Below, piece by piece: positions 39,071 to 53,329 of a stretch of DNA of 64,000 nt. The notes under the pieces are model-generated. The model made no database searches, had not been told where the DNA came from, and worked only from the letters and a program-made list of their open reading frames with translations. Numbering within the stretch: position 1 is the stretch's first letter; each line of letters begins with the position of its first letter. The translations under genes and the position numbers were made by a program. This stretch comes from Somniosus microcephalus (taxonomy: Eukaryota), in the NCBI GenBank assembly GCA_052327205.1, contig CM126224.1, forward strand, positions 15,810,001 to 15,874,000, read 5' to 3'.

Positions 39071-40484
39071 AGAAACAGAGAAGATAGGAACAGGAGTAGG
39101 CCATTCGGCCCCTCGAGCCTGTTCCACCATTTAATGAGGTCATGGCTGATCATCCAACTTCAGTACCCTGTCCCTCCTTTATCCCCATATCCCTTTAGCC
39201 TTAAGAAATATATCCAACTCCTTCTTGAATATATTTAATAAGTTGGCCTCAACTACCTTCTGTGGTAGAGAATTCCACAGGTTCACCACTCTCTGGGTGA
39301 AGAAATTCCTCCTCATCTCAGTCCTAAATGGCTTACCCCTTATCCTTAGACTGTGAACCCTGATTCTGGACTCCCTGCCATCAGGAACATCCTTCCTGCA
39401 TCTAGTCTATCTAATCCAGTTAGAATTTTATTAGTTTCAATGAGATCCCCTCTCATTCTTCTAAACTCTAGCGAATATAAGCCTAATCGACCCAATCTCT
39501 CATCATATGTCATTCCTGCCATCCCAGGTATCAGTCTGGTGAATCTTCACTGCACTCCCTCCATGGAAAGAACATCCTTCCTCAGATAAGGCGACCAAAA
39601 CTGCACACAATACTCAAGGTGTGGTCTCACCAAGGCTCTGTACAACTGCAGCAAGACATCCTTGCTCCTGTACTCGAATCCTCACTATGAAGGCCAACAT
39701 ACCATTTGCCTTCTTAACCGCCTGCTGTACCTGCATGCTTAACTTCAGCGACTGGTGCACAAGGACACCCAGGTCTCGTTGCACTTCCCCTTCTCCCAAT
39801 CTATTGCCATTCTGATAATAATCTGTCTTCCTGTTTTTGCCACCAAAGTGGGTAACCTCGCATTTATCCACATTATACTGCATCTGCCCAATCACCCAAC
39901 CTGTCCAAATCATGCTGGAGTTTCTCTGCATCCTCCTCACAGCACACACGCCCACCCAGCTTTGTGTCATCTGCAAACTCGGAGATATTACATCTAGTTC
40001 CCTCGTCTAGATCATCATTAATATATATTGTGAATAGCTGGGGTCCTAGCACCGATCCCTGCGGTACCCCACTAGTCACTGCCTGCCACTCGGAAAAAGA
40101 CCCGTTTATTCCAACTCTTCGCTTCCTGTCCGCCAACCAGTTCTCTATCCAAGTCAGTACCTTACCCCCAATCCCATGTGCTTTAACTTTGCACGCTAAT
40201 CTCTTATGAGGGACCTTATCAAAAGCCTTCTGAAAGTCCAAATACACCACATCCACTGGTTCTCCCTTATCTATTTTACCAGTTACATCCTCAAAAAATT
40301 CCAGTAGATTAGTCAAGCATGATTTACCTTTTGTAAATCCATGTTGACTTTGTCCGATCCTGTCACTGTTTTCCAAGTGCTCTGCTATTACATCTTTTAT
40401 AATGGACTCTAGCATTTTCCCCACTACCGATGTCAGGCTTACCGGTCTATAATTCCCCATTTTCACTCTACCATCTTTTTAAAA
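39071..40484 (-). mobile_element. Young CR1 nested in the 38008 CR1; same subfamily as 5060-7562
   Basis: Own 3' tail at 39071. RT ORF 39873-40466 is nearly identical to 5504-6892. tat is duplicated at 39068-39070 and 40485-40487. Confidence 0.93.
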
Positions 40485-40747
40485 TATCCATGCTAATATA
40501 TTACCCCCAACCCCGTGAGCTCTTATCTTGTGCAGTACCCTTTAATGTGGCACCTTATCGAATGCCTTCTGGAAATCCAAATACACGACATCTACTGGTT
40601 CCCCTTTATCCACCCTGCTCGTTACATCCTCAAAGAACTCCAGCAAATTTGTCAAACATGATTTCCCTTTCATAAAACCATGCTGACTCTGCTTGATCAT
40701 ATGATGATTTTCTAAATGTCCTGCTACCGCTTCCTTAATGATGGACT
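40485..40747 (-). mobile_element. CR1 host element, 5' piece
   Basis: Resumes the host sequence (aatcctctat|ccatgctaatatattacccc) and runs through [10 protein letters not shown] and QHGF. Confidence 0.88.
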
Positions 40748-40793
40748 TGAACTTGTGTCCCTGTTATTTAATTATCAGGGGACACAAGTTCAA
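40747..40793. repeat. Hairpin with perfect 15-bp arms
   Basis: TTGAACTTGTGTCCC (40747-40761) and GGGACACAAGTTCAA (40779-40793). Confidence 0.9.
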
Positions 40794-42719
40794 AATTATT
40801 AAATTAAGCTGGGGGATTTATTAAAGGCAAAAAGTAAATCAAACGTTTTCATTTAACAGACAATAGACTTGATAGAATAAGTGGGCAGTATGAATGAATG
40901 AATGAGAGAGAGAATTGAGTTGAGTTTCTACAGAGAGGTGACTGAGGGACATGGTGAGAAGGCAGGTAAGGTGGGGTTTACCCATTAAAAATGTACCATG
41001 TCTTTCAAAGATTCCCAGAGGTTTTCTCTGCCTGTTGTCAAGAACGATTCTTCCCTAATTTAATGATTTGAGCACTAAATCATTGGGTAATACATCACTG
41101 CTGCATGTTTCACAGTCCTTTCACCATCTTTTCAGTTTTTATTATTTTCTCTTCCAGCAGCCGCCGCCACCTCCTTCCCAGTGCCGTGTACTGCCTATTC
41201 CTGGGAACCAGCTGCTCTCACACTCAGGCCATTACCCGTTCTCTGACTGGCTCCTGGGAGGTGTCTCGAAATGAACTGCTTTTGGATTTTTTCCCCCATT
41301 CCAAACTCTGTAGAATCACCTGGCTTCTTTAAGAACTGGATATGTTGAAAATAATGGGTGCCAAGTAATGGCACACCAACACACTGTGCCTCTTAACGTG
41401 CTCATGTTTAACAAACCATATTAAACCACTCAAGTCTAGTCTGCTTGCAGAAGAGAGGAAAACAAATACACAAAAATATTCTCCCTGCCTAAACCGCCTA
41501 CATCAATCCCTCCATAATTTTCTTTGTGAAAAACAGTTCTGCAGGATATTTTCTGCTGTGTGATTATAGCTGGTCAATCACAGAACTATGGGAGAAAAGG
41601 GGGAATCTTTTGTTACATTTACTTGGGCCACTGCAACAGTGATTCAGCTGCAAATAAACTACAGAGGTCTGCAATCAGAACAAAAGATGAGAAAGAGTAG
41701 AAAGCTAAAGAAACACAGCACAGCAGGAGGAATAGGAGTATAAAATTCTCTTTTGTTTTCCAAAATATATGATTTCCCATCATGCATGGGACGTGTGAAG
41801 CACCTCACCGCTCCACAGATCCTGCACCTGTGTCCCTTCCCACTGCTCCACAGAAATACATTGGACTTTCAATGCCTTGCCCCCAAAATGTCAATCAGCA
41901 CTCAATAGCCTATAAACATATCTGGGAAAACTGCAACACAGGCTAACTATTCATATCCAGCACAGTATCAAATGAGCTGATGGATGAAGGGTCAATGGGG
42001 AGCTAGCTTCCTTCACATGGATTGGCTGCAAGGGAGTTAAGCAGCAGCATAAGCTCCACAGACTGGAAATAAACAACAGCAGCATGCTGTCAAAACACTT
42101 GGGCTTTTGAGCTCTCAAAAGACTTCTTTCACTTCCAAAAGAGAATATCAGTATGGGATCAACAGTACAGGTGAACTCAAGAGTTCCCACTGGTTACCTG
42201 TGACATTCTGAATACCATGACCTAAAAGTGGAATGGGATCACTTCCAGGAGCCAAATCAGAATGCCGCAAGGTACTAAAGAAATGTTTCCACAACACACA
42301 TCCACTTCATACTTATCTGCCATCGTTATAATTTTGGACATTTGTAAAGCTCAAGCAGTTAAATCCATTGACTTTAAATTGCCAAAGTATTAGATACCAA
42401 TCCACAGGATTGCCTAATTTTACCACAGACCGGCCCTGCGTGTGAAAGCACGTTACACCAATCCCAGCATGTGATAAGGTATTGAAATCTTTTTTTATGA
42501 TGTGGAAACTAGAAGCTGATTTTTATCACTAATCAAACAAATCATTGCCAAGCAAAAGAATGCTATAAAGCACACGCCCCAATTTTAATCTATTTTCCAT
42601 CTCCTCTTTCAGATGACCCTAGTTGAGAGGTTTGTTAAGTCCCTGTCTCCCACACCTTTGCCAATGCTGCTCCAGAACTGGTTGCTAGAAGGTGCAGCGT
42701 GTTAACTTTTCCTCAGAGG

Positions 42720-43100
42720 CTCCTGGGAACATGAATCAAGTTTATCCTGTGAAGTACTGACCATGTCAGCCAACAAGGTTCCAGGTTTGATATGCAGCCT
42801 GCGTTGAGGTAACAGGTCTCAGCTGGGCGAAGATCAACTGGCTATAGCAGTGCTACTGGGTTTTGGAGGAGGTGGGGTGGGAAGGGGGAAGTGGGCAAGG
42901 TTCATGGCCATAATTGCTATCCATGACTCCTGCTGAAAAGTCCACGGGTAAATGTCAGATCAGAACAGGATCGGGCTCTGCTGCGATGATTTCCAACAGC
43001 GTACCAGGCTGTCCAAGCTCAAACACATAGAATGGCTGCATGTACAAGGTAACAGAAGCCAGCCAGTGCTGGTCTAACCAGACCCCAGGAAGAGGAGCAG
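42720..43100 (+). mobile_element. Unassigned tRNA-derived SINE copy
   Basis: Same head and core as the 18510 and 32470 copies (gctatccatgactcctgctgaaaagt...aggatcgggctctgctgcgatg). Confidence 0.55.
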
Positions 43101-43672
43101 AGAATTCATTTTTTTTTACAAAAAACAGAAATACGTTAAAAAAAAAGCAAATTGTTGGTCTGCTGATAGCTGGCTGTGTTCCTCCATGGACAATGCATGA
43201 ATCTCACCTACCCCTGTACTGTTCAGTTTTAAGATCAATGCAACCTTTTAAAAGGGTAATAAGACACCAGACTAAACATTCTACCTTCCACTCATTTCCC
43301 TGTTACCAGCTTTATTTTCTTTCCCATATCTGTATATGCATAGTTTTTGCTGCATTAGATAGCAATTCTGTCTTTATGGATGCACTGCACAACCCCGAGG
43401 TGACATTTTGCTGATAAAAATTGATATTTGGTTTACATTTTTTAAAACCATGTATATTTTCCATGTTGGTTCATTGCTGCAGTAATAAGCAAGCATCAAA
43501 GAACCAAAATTCATGAGGTGCGGGTTTTTCCAAAGACATTCTACAATACTTCAGACTCACATTAATGCACTTTCTGTACGGCCCAGTTTTTGGCTCCATC
43601 CAGTGGTGGGGTTTTCTTTGAAACTGCCTACACCTACACAGCCACCATTCAGGTTTCTAGATTCTTCCTTAC

Positions 43673-43716
43673 CTTTTCCATCTGTTGCTGACGCCTCTTG
43701 CAAATGTCTAATTGAC
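43673..43716 (-). CDS. GPR107: GPR107 exon 14 (SIRHLQEASATDGK)
   Basis: 44 nt, phase 2/1. Identical to the human peptide. Confidence 0.97.
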
Positions 43717-44841
43717 CTGCGAGTGCACCGATGAATAACAATTAGCATGTACTTGAGCTTGTGGGAAAATGCTGCAGTGCCAAATTAAGCCAACAGGTAA
43801 ACTGAATTAAATCAATAGGCTTACATTTAAAATACTTGAAATTTATACAGTACTAAGAACGTAGAAGGTTTATTTTAAGATTAATGTGTTGAATTACCAA
43901 ATGACTACACATTAACAGTGACTTCTGAAGACGCCTCCAATAATAGACCCATAATTTTGCTAATAGCGTACCATTTGTCCTCAAGCTTTGTTTGGGGAAA
44001 TGGGCAGAGAGAGGGGTATGGGGGGGGGGGGGGGGGGGAGGGATTTTACTCCCCATAACCTCTGCCTGGGTGCTAGTCGGGCAGAGGACACCCCAAAATG
44101 TGCTCCGTCTGACATGATGTAAATCTGCCTAGTTCAGGTCATATAGAATTGCCAGGCACTCCGCTGGCATGGACCCACTGCTCGATACTGCTGCACACCT
44201 GAAGCGGGGAGGATAGTCGAGCACTGCTTCAGCACGAAGATGCCTGCATGCAGTAATCTATCTTGATTATCCAGTCAACCGGCTGTTCTGGGAGGCTCAG
44301 ATTAGGGTGGGCCTGGGTGCTGATAGGGTGGGGCGTGACTCACAGACCCACTCGTGGCTATGGCCCTGGCACGCACGATCAGATGAGATCTGAGTCTGAC
44401 TTGGTTATTGCTTCCTGTGATCTTGACACTCAATGCCTTAATTTGCACGTGAAGAATGCCTACCTGGGAACTGTACCAAAGGGCTGCTTCCACATGAACT
44501 CGTAACCTTCATGAAAATAGGTCTAAACAGACCAAATGAAAAGTGGGTGGGTGGAGGAGAGAGACGAGAAGAGAAACTGAGCTGTATTTTCACCTTCCTG
44601 GGTGAGATTCGAGCTGCAGCAGGTTTAACAGAACTTGAATTGGTTAAATCATTGAATTATCTGTATGGCGACTCTACATACTGTACGAGCTATGATTTCT
44701 ACCAACTGCCAGGGAGTGGGCAGTCTGGATAGGCAAGGGGACATTGTGACTTTTCCTTCCTCACCCAAGACACAATTCATCACGGGCACCAGTCAAATGA
44801 CCGACATCCAAGTCAGCAGCATTAAACCATGGCCACACTTA

Positions 44842-44973
<132 letters not shown>

Positions 44974-46379
44974 CTAATGAACAAAGCAGTTTTACTAACC
45001 GACATCTTCCTCAACAGGGAAAACATTTCTCTCCTCGCCAAATTTGATTTGGATCATTTATTGTTTTTGTGGGGCGGGTGGGGGGGAAGAAGCAGGAAAG
45101 AGAAAAATACTTTGCACTCCTGGTACATTTTATCAACATCTCGCATTCCCTGGTCAGGTACAGTGCGGACATGATGCAGTCTAAAACGCCCTATAATCTG
45201 CTTCAACAACATAGCAATTCAAATCTCATAGCACCCTCCACTGGACCAGTGTGATATTTCCATTTCCCAGACAAACTCAGATTTCAGGAGTTTCCAAACA
45301 AAGCTGTCAATTTAACAGCAAATTGTGGCCACTTTTTACTGGGCCCACGTGCACCAGGAACTGGGTCAAGATTGCACTCAACTAATTTCAACTAAGATCT
45401 TTAAAGCTGGATGGAGGAAGAGAGAACTTTTATCCCATCAGTCTGGTCTGGTAATAAAGTCCAGTCTCAGAGACAAAGGAGTGCACATTGACGCGCAAGG
45501 GCCACAGCTGTTCTTTCCTAGTTGACACAGTTCCAAGTTTCAGCGGGCCATGAAGGCAAAAATCTAGGAGATGACAATATTTATATGTAAAATTATTTAT
45601 ATAAACATGTATTAAAGATCTACAAGTTTAAGAGCCATTTTAAAAGGCTGTTGCGTGGTTGATCTCCTCACAGTTCGAGAGGTTGCCATCTTCACACTGT
45701 CCGAGACGATGCTGAGCGTAGTGCTTCCTAAGTTTCTATTCCTCCCCCATACTAAAATAAAAACTTACCGTCTCCCCAAAACAGTCCAGCAATTCTTATG
45801 CATGGCATAAATCAAAATTTTGCCCCCGATTCATCGTGCAATAGCCATTTTTTCTTGAATTTCTCTCGCCCTCCAAAAGGCCCATTTTTTCAGATTTAGG
45901 CAGTGCTCCATGACAAATGATCTAAAACGCCATTAGAGCGGTCAATGCTTCAGTCACCAAGGAGCACTGTGCCAGCCCAAGATCCAATACTCTGCCTGAC
46001 AATCAGACAGATGCCAGCAATTCACTACCCCACAATGAGGTGGACAAACCTGGGGTGGTATCAGCACAGGATAACATTTTAACTCTGGCCTCCTAATGCA
46101 CAGCAGTGCGCTAAAGTGCCACATTACCAGGTGTCAACGTCATGACATTGGCAGGCTAATAGGCCCACCGTCATGCTCTTGACCCCCCCGCCCCTGTATC
46201 CTTACTCCGGTGAAATCAAGAGCCATCACACTATTTCCTACTTCAACTCACTGATGTGGGACCTCAAATCTGTTAAACTCCTCTCCACCTTCAGCCTTCC
46301 ATGCCTGCTACAATCTACAGGCTTTTGTAATACAAACTTGGCATCACCCAACGACTACTTCATTTATTTCATCCTTGGC

Positions 46380-46470
46380 AAGGGACTGGAACTAATTGGA
46401 CGGCTCTTTCCCAAGAACCAGCACAGGCAAGATGGGCCGAATGACCTCCTCCTGTGTATCATTCTATGAT
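46380..46470 (+). mobile_element. CR1 3' tail fragment
   Basis: gatgggccgaatgacctcctcctgtgtatcattctatgat. Confidence 0.7.
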
Positions 46471-46656
46471 ACTTTCTCCCATTCCTTTCAGCCATAGGAT
46501 CCTGCACAATGGGTACTGGTCCTTCACCATGGTTTCTCAAAAAAAAAACACCAGCTTCAACTGAGAAGTTTGCATTCAGGATTTAAAAAGGCCCAGAAGA
46601 GTGAGTGACTCCTAGTCACGGTGAGGTATGGCAGGGCCTGATGGGACCATTTTTCA

Positions 46657-46914
<258 letters not shown>

Positions 46915-48074
46915 TTAGCAAAGAGGAGGATTTAAGGACAGTCAATGGCAAAGACAATTTCCTCAGATGTAACTGTGTTTGGGGCAGTGAAAATTACAAC
47001 CATCACTGCAAAATGAATCAGAAATGGTGCTTTTCACTAAATTGCATACCCAGAGTTCCAGCCATTTGACACTTAGATATTTACCAAATGGAGTACTTTA
47101 ATGCAGACATCTAATGAGTCTCTTGTTAAATAGAAAGTGGTGGATACTTAGTAGTGATTAAAAATACTTGCATTTATATGAAGCCTTATCATGTCATCAA
47201 AACGTCTCAAGCACTTAGCACTCAAGTGATCATGATGAGGGGTTCACAAAATGTCAGCCTGAAAGAGCCAAGCTAAAAGATTCAGAACCCATTATCTGCA
47301 TTTCAGCTCTGAAATTATTCCAAAGTGCGGGCCTCACACCATCCCCTGCAAAGAGGGAGGGCGAGTGATCTGCTCACACCTCCACCAAAGCCATCTGTGC
47401 AACTGGCTGCAAAGACATGTCCGCAAGAGCATTCCAGAGCAATCCTTCCTGCATCCTGTCTGCAGTGGGGTTAGCGCGCAGCCTCCTCACAGCAGAAACT
47501 GGCATGTGGGGGAACGTGGAGGCAAACGCGCATCATTCAGTCTGAGCAGAAAGTATGGCCTAATTTAAAAAAAAAATATTTTTGTACTTTTTTCTAAACC
47601 ATTATATGACAAAACTGATGTCTTGAGCACAGCACAGTGCATGAGATTAAAAGGATGTAGTACTGATACCATCAGCTCCGATGTCATAACCTGGTTTTCA
47701 CCAGCTATTTAGTTTTAGTGCTGTATTACCAGGAAATAGAAGGCAGGTTGCTAAGGCAAATTAGAGGGAAATTTACTCTGCATCTGGCTGTGCTTGATAT
47801 GGGCACTGGGTGCCTGAAGTAGGAATAGTTCCATCCCCCAAGCGCTTCTCACTTTGAAGAGAACAAAAAGATTTGAAAAAAGGGGCTCACTATCCTTAAT
47901 AAATGGGAACAGTCACAATCCAAGTTACGTTAAGTGAAATTTACTTTGCACTTCTTATTGTCGCTCAGACATCTTTTGCAACTCTGCTTCACACTGGTTA
48001 GCTACATCCTGGCAATAGATACTTTGTGCACAAATCTCCCTGCAGTTTTGTCACATAAAACATACTGATACAAG

Positions 48075-48955
48075 CAGACAAATGCTGTAAATCTAAAATA
48101 AAAACAGAAAATGCTGGAATTACACAGCAGGCCCATCAGTACCCGAAAACATTAAACAGCTAATGGCCTAGAAATTCAGTAGTGTCCACTTTTGGGCGCC
48201 TTACCCGCAGAGCGCTAACAGCCCGCACTCTCCAAGGAGCCCGAGATTTTGGGCCTCGGACCTCATTATCATGTAGATAGTGCAGCGGTAGGAGCCCGCA
48301 CAGGTTCATGCACCAATTTTCAGCTAAGTGATTGGGTAAGATCGCAGGGGTCTGAAGGAACGATGGCTGGGCCTCAGTGTGCAATCGGAGGTCGGAGAAG
48401 AAGATCGCGAGTGTCTGGAGTATTGTTGGGGGGGGGGGGGGGGGGGGGGTGTTCAGGAATGCTGGCGGGGGGGGGGGGGGGGGGGAGGCCTGGAGGTCGG
48501 AGATCTTGGGACTGGGAGGAGCAGTGATTATGGTGAGTACTTACTTTTCTTTTAATTCCATGCTGTTTAGCGTTGGTTTTCCCGGAGGCAATCAGCGCTG
48601 GTGCTGGCTGCCTCAGACGCATACCAAAGTTGCAAGAGGCAGCAGAAGCAGGTGTTCGGCCCCTTATTTGCATATGTTAATGGCCCAACGTCTGCTTCAG
48701 ATGTGGGTAAAGCATGCCTCTTGCTTGGCCTTTACCAAGATGGCGTCTGGTGCGGCCCGCTCTGGATTTTGCACGCACAGCGTGGACGCCATTTTGAACA
48801 TAAAACGACACCCGTAGCAGCGAAAAACAGTGCGATGGAGCCGACTTTCTAGCCCAATGTGTCAGGTGTAGACCTTTTGTCGGATCTCTGACGAAGGATC
48901 TTCTTTCAGATGCTGTAGGACTTGCTGTGCATTTCCAGCATTTTTTGTGTTTGTA
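48075..48955. mobile_element. Penelope-derived palindromic element split by a MITE (arms at about 48075-48164 and 48859-48955)
   Basis: aaacagaaaatgctggaattacacagcagg on the left, cttgctgtgcatttccagcattttttg on the right, and CTGACGA at 48888-48894. Confidence 0.65.
48165..48855. mobile_element. PIF/Harbinger-like MITE, 691 bp
   Basis: TIRs GGCCTAGAAATTC and GACTTTCTAGCCC, exact 3-bp TSD AAT (48162-48164, 48856-48858), CpG-rich. Confidence 0.8.
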
Positions 48956-49518
48956 ATACAAAGGGTGACTAAGGTCACTGGTAAGTGAACGCATCTCTCT
49001 GACTTTAGGATCATGTGACAATGCAGTAGAATAGGCTGCGTTAAATTAATTACTTCCACCCTTCATCAGGGTGCATTTTTATTTATATCCATTGACAGAT
49101 AACTGAACAGATAAGTAAAATTTTAGAAGATAATTTTAAAGCTATTTTTCTTTCAGTTTCCCCTGCACCCAACTGAGTGTGTGAACAGTTCACGGCAACG
49201 GATCCTCTGAATGTCCCAGTGGGCAAACAAATCCATTAGCCTCTGCTTGATCTCTTTCCATTCTGGAAAGGCAAAGACCCAAAATATAGTGCATGTGGAT
49301 TCATATGCCGAGACCCACATGCCATGGGTCCACGAAGTGCAATGCTATCATGTTGTTGCACACTTAATGGTTTGTGAATAGCTGTGGTACTTCAATTATT
49401 CAATTTCCCCCAAGAGTTTTTTTTGGTAATTTTTAGTGATTTGTTTCAGAATCACATTTAGACTCTCGGGCTTTCAAAAATATCCCAATGATAAAGGAAG
49501 ATCATGATAATCCACTTA

Positions 49519-49623
<105 letters not shown>

Positions 49624-52259
49624 TTAATATCACTAGAATGATGATATCTGGAAGAAACACAGGTTCTTATAATGGGAGTGATTTCTGTGAAATCTCTCCA
49701 CACACCCCACCTCCCCACTCACTGTTAGCTCAGCAATCTGTGGTGGCGATGGTAGGTCTCAGGTCTCAGTTATTGCTGTTCTGAGCTGGCTGCGAGGAAG
49801 AGCAAGAGAATAGTTCCCACTCTGCCATGTGGAGATACCTAGTCCCAGATCTACCATTAAAAAATGTCTATGGCTCCATAACTTTTTGAATTCTGGTTTA
49901 TAATAAGTGTTGAAAATTCATAAAGAATCAGTTTTGCAGAGGTTATTAAAATCACATGTGGATCATGAGATTTAGTACTTTTAGGGTTCATGAAGCTTCA
50001 TTCGGAATTGAACAGTGCCCTCCATAATTGCTTAACTAAACCTACACGTTTGTCTTGCACCATCACCAGGCACTGCATACATTCATTGTCAGTTGAACAA
50101 AGTAATCTCATTATTCAGCTACAGTTCTTTAAAGCTCTTAGGTGCACTAATGACAGTGAACAGGCGGTGAATGCAAATAAACAATCAAGTCCAGGCTGTA
50201 TCACTGAAGAAAGCTCACAAATATTTCAATTTATTTTGCTGAAGATTACACATGCATGATGCTTCCTTTCAATTTAATGTACCTGCCACTGCATAACTCC
50301 CACACCCTCCCCCCATCCACCTCCAGTCTTCAGATAGAAGTATCGCACTTCAGCTGAAGGTGTTGTGGTCTTCAATCAAATTACTGAAGCTCTTTCTCAC
50401 TGAGCCAAAATTGACAAATGGTGCAAAAGGTTGCTCATCTCTTTCCCCCGTCCACTCCGCCAAAAAGAACCTCTGATACTCTCGCACCAGGAGCGAACCA
50501 ATGTTGGCATTATGGAGACTGATGCTCAAGCACAGATCTGTGATGTGCAACTGTTGCTCTCCCCAGTTTACCTTGTTGTGTGCCTCTGGCTCTGACAAAG
50601 TGTCCCATTGGTGGCCCAGAAGTGGAGCCCTTTGTGTTGCATCTCTCAGGAGACCCGAAGATTTTGAAGGAGAGCTCTGTTTGAGCTGCAGTTTGCATTG
50701 TTTACATCGATCAGCATTGTTGGCACCAAGGGGTGGGAAGAGAGGTTACATCTGATGGCATTTGCCAAAATATAAAAATCCTTAAGAATTACAACACTGG
50801 AGCAAAGCAGTGGAAGAAAGCCAGCCCATCTCCGCGCCACCCCCGCCCAACCTCCACCCATGAAACTATACCTGAGGATATCAGTACAAGCAAGGGGATT
50901 TTGTTCAAACTTAAAGCCCCGATGAAAGGGTTAAGGCAGTTTGTTATGTTGTAAGCAGCACCAGCAATCACCATTCAGGTTAATGTTTTTGTAAAGTACT
51001 TAATGAGAACAATGCTGCATCAGTTTGATGGGGCAATTAAGCACTTCAGAGCACATGGGGATTAAATGATTAGCATTTTAGAATAAGCACACTGCACAAA
51101 TACAGATATAGCTCTTCAGTTGTGCAACACCAACGCTAATGATACACAATCACAATTTTTCTATTCTAACAAATATATGAATATGTACATTTGAACAATG
51201 GAAAAATCACTTTTAATGCATGGTTTTAAACAAAAGCTGCTAGTGTCCCTCCCCTTTCCTGTTAGAATAACATGTGCTTCCCTTTAACACAACTCTGCCA
51301 ATTTTATCTTGTGCCACTTTAAAATAACCAGCTGTATGAGTATTAAAACCCACATAAAACTCTGGAAAAACACTTCAAAATAAATATAACATGGATTAGG
51401 TCGTCCAGCCTCATCTGATACTTTTTAGGGTCAAGAACTGTGGTCGGTATTAGTGAACTTATTTCCGATACAAGGCAGCATCATGGAAACCAGCACACTG
51501 CGGCTGTATAGGAATGAACAGCTGTACCATTCAAATTCAAATTAAATGGTCCTCCTGGTGCAAGTGTGATGACTACACAATGAAAAAATTGAATTTTATC
51601 CTTAAGTAGCACCAAGTTGATTTAAAAAATGTTATACATCAATTGAGCAGATTCAGGCATAGTGCACTGACACTCAGTGTTAACAGACTCACTCTGAGTG
51701 GACAGCCTTAAGTTTGAAACCCACTCCCAGTCAGCACCTAATGTCAGTTCTATCAATGTGAAAGAGCTGAATGTAGCATTCCCTGCTAGGGAGTGGGGGC
51801 AGGGGGAGGGGGGGTGGGAAGACACATTTGGGCAGTCCTCGACACCTCCTGCTGGCTGGCTGTAGGGGTCACGAGGCTAGCCTGGGAGCAGATCAGAAGT
51901 CCACCCTCTCAGTCAGATGGACAGAGAAAGGGAATCTTATCCAAATACCTCGCACAAAAATAGCCACAAAATAATTGTCAGTTTCCACTTGATGTTAACA
52001 ATTGTAGCTCTGGCTGAGAGGGTGGACTTAATGGCAAAACTCAGCGAGGCATCAGGGGAGCCCCAAACACCAGTTTTAAAGCCATTTCCACTCTCCTTGT
52101 GTCTTTTAAGATTTTCATGCACAGTGCCTACGCCATTCCCCAACTGTGAAGACAGGAAACTAACATGACCCCGTGCATTGCTGTGCAACAGGCTGACTGG
52201 ATGTGCTGGACAACCGTAGATGTCAATTTTTCTTCTCTTCCTTCCAAGGAAGCAACTTA

Positions 52260-52624
52260 CAACCTCCAGATAAACCAAAGTTTCCTGTATGTCCAGAAAC
52301 CTCGATCTAACGGCAGAAATCAGCAGCCGTTTTGGTTAGGTTTTTTTTCTTCTCCTAGCAGTTTTTTTTTTCTTCTCCTAGCAGTTTTTTTTTATAAAAA
52401 CAGTCAGGCTCTGGAAAGCGTCTCTGTAGCTTAGCAACAGCTTCAGAGACGCTTCCAAGGTACGGGCCGAGTGTTTACAAGTTGTTGCTAAGCAACAGTG
52501 TTTGTTGTCAGGTACGGAGATGAAAACCTCCGTATCCTTCAACATTAGCGCTGGTCTATCCCGAAGTTTTGATAGATCGGCAGCAGCTCGGTCCCGTCGG
52601 TGCCGGATATCGCGAAGTTTCCTG
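52260..52624. mobile_element. Tigger/pogo-like MITE, copy B, with its left terminus inverted
   Basis: Body collinear with copy A. Right TIR AAGTTTCCTG-TA. The first 28 bp are present as the reverse complement. Confidence 0.85.
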
Positions 52625-52874
52625 TACTTACAAGTCAGGGCAATATTTTAGTTTCTCAAGCACCCTCCTTCCCTCCCCCATTGATCAAGATCAAGAACTT
52701 GCCACTATAGGTAAATCAGAGGGAGAGCCTGTGTACGACATTCCACATTACAGGATGCTGCTGTTTCAACAATATTAACGCAACAGTGCAGTACTCAACC
52801 ATACAGAGCCCTTTAAACAGGCACATGTTAAACAATTCACAAATTGACTTTGCTGGAAGGTGCTATGGTCATCA

Positions 52875-53027
<153 letters not shown>

Positions 53028-53329
53028 TCACATTTCCCATTTTAGTACATGATGGATTGAAATTTAAAGTCAAGCCTCAATCATTACATTTTCACTTTAC
53101 CTGTATATAGGAGTGTATGCAGCAAGTGAGAATCAGTTGCAATACTGGCTTCTGCTTTCATTTTCCCACTTTTTATTACTTCAAACCACTCTCGATTTCT
53201 GATCTACAGTGGCCTTACTGTTAAGTATTTGTGGGCAAAATGTCCCTGCCTCAATCCATATTTAATTCGGAATTTTTTTTCTTTTAATATTTATTCCCTT
53301 CTCATGTTCCCTTCCTGTCCTGAAGACGC

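Noticed and set aside
41157-41262. Plus-strand acceptor followed by a QPPPPPSQ reading frame (possible nested antisense gene)
   Set aside because: Isolated, with a weak donor, no recognisable homology and no partner exons.
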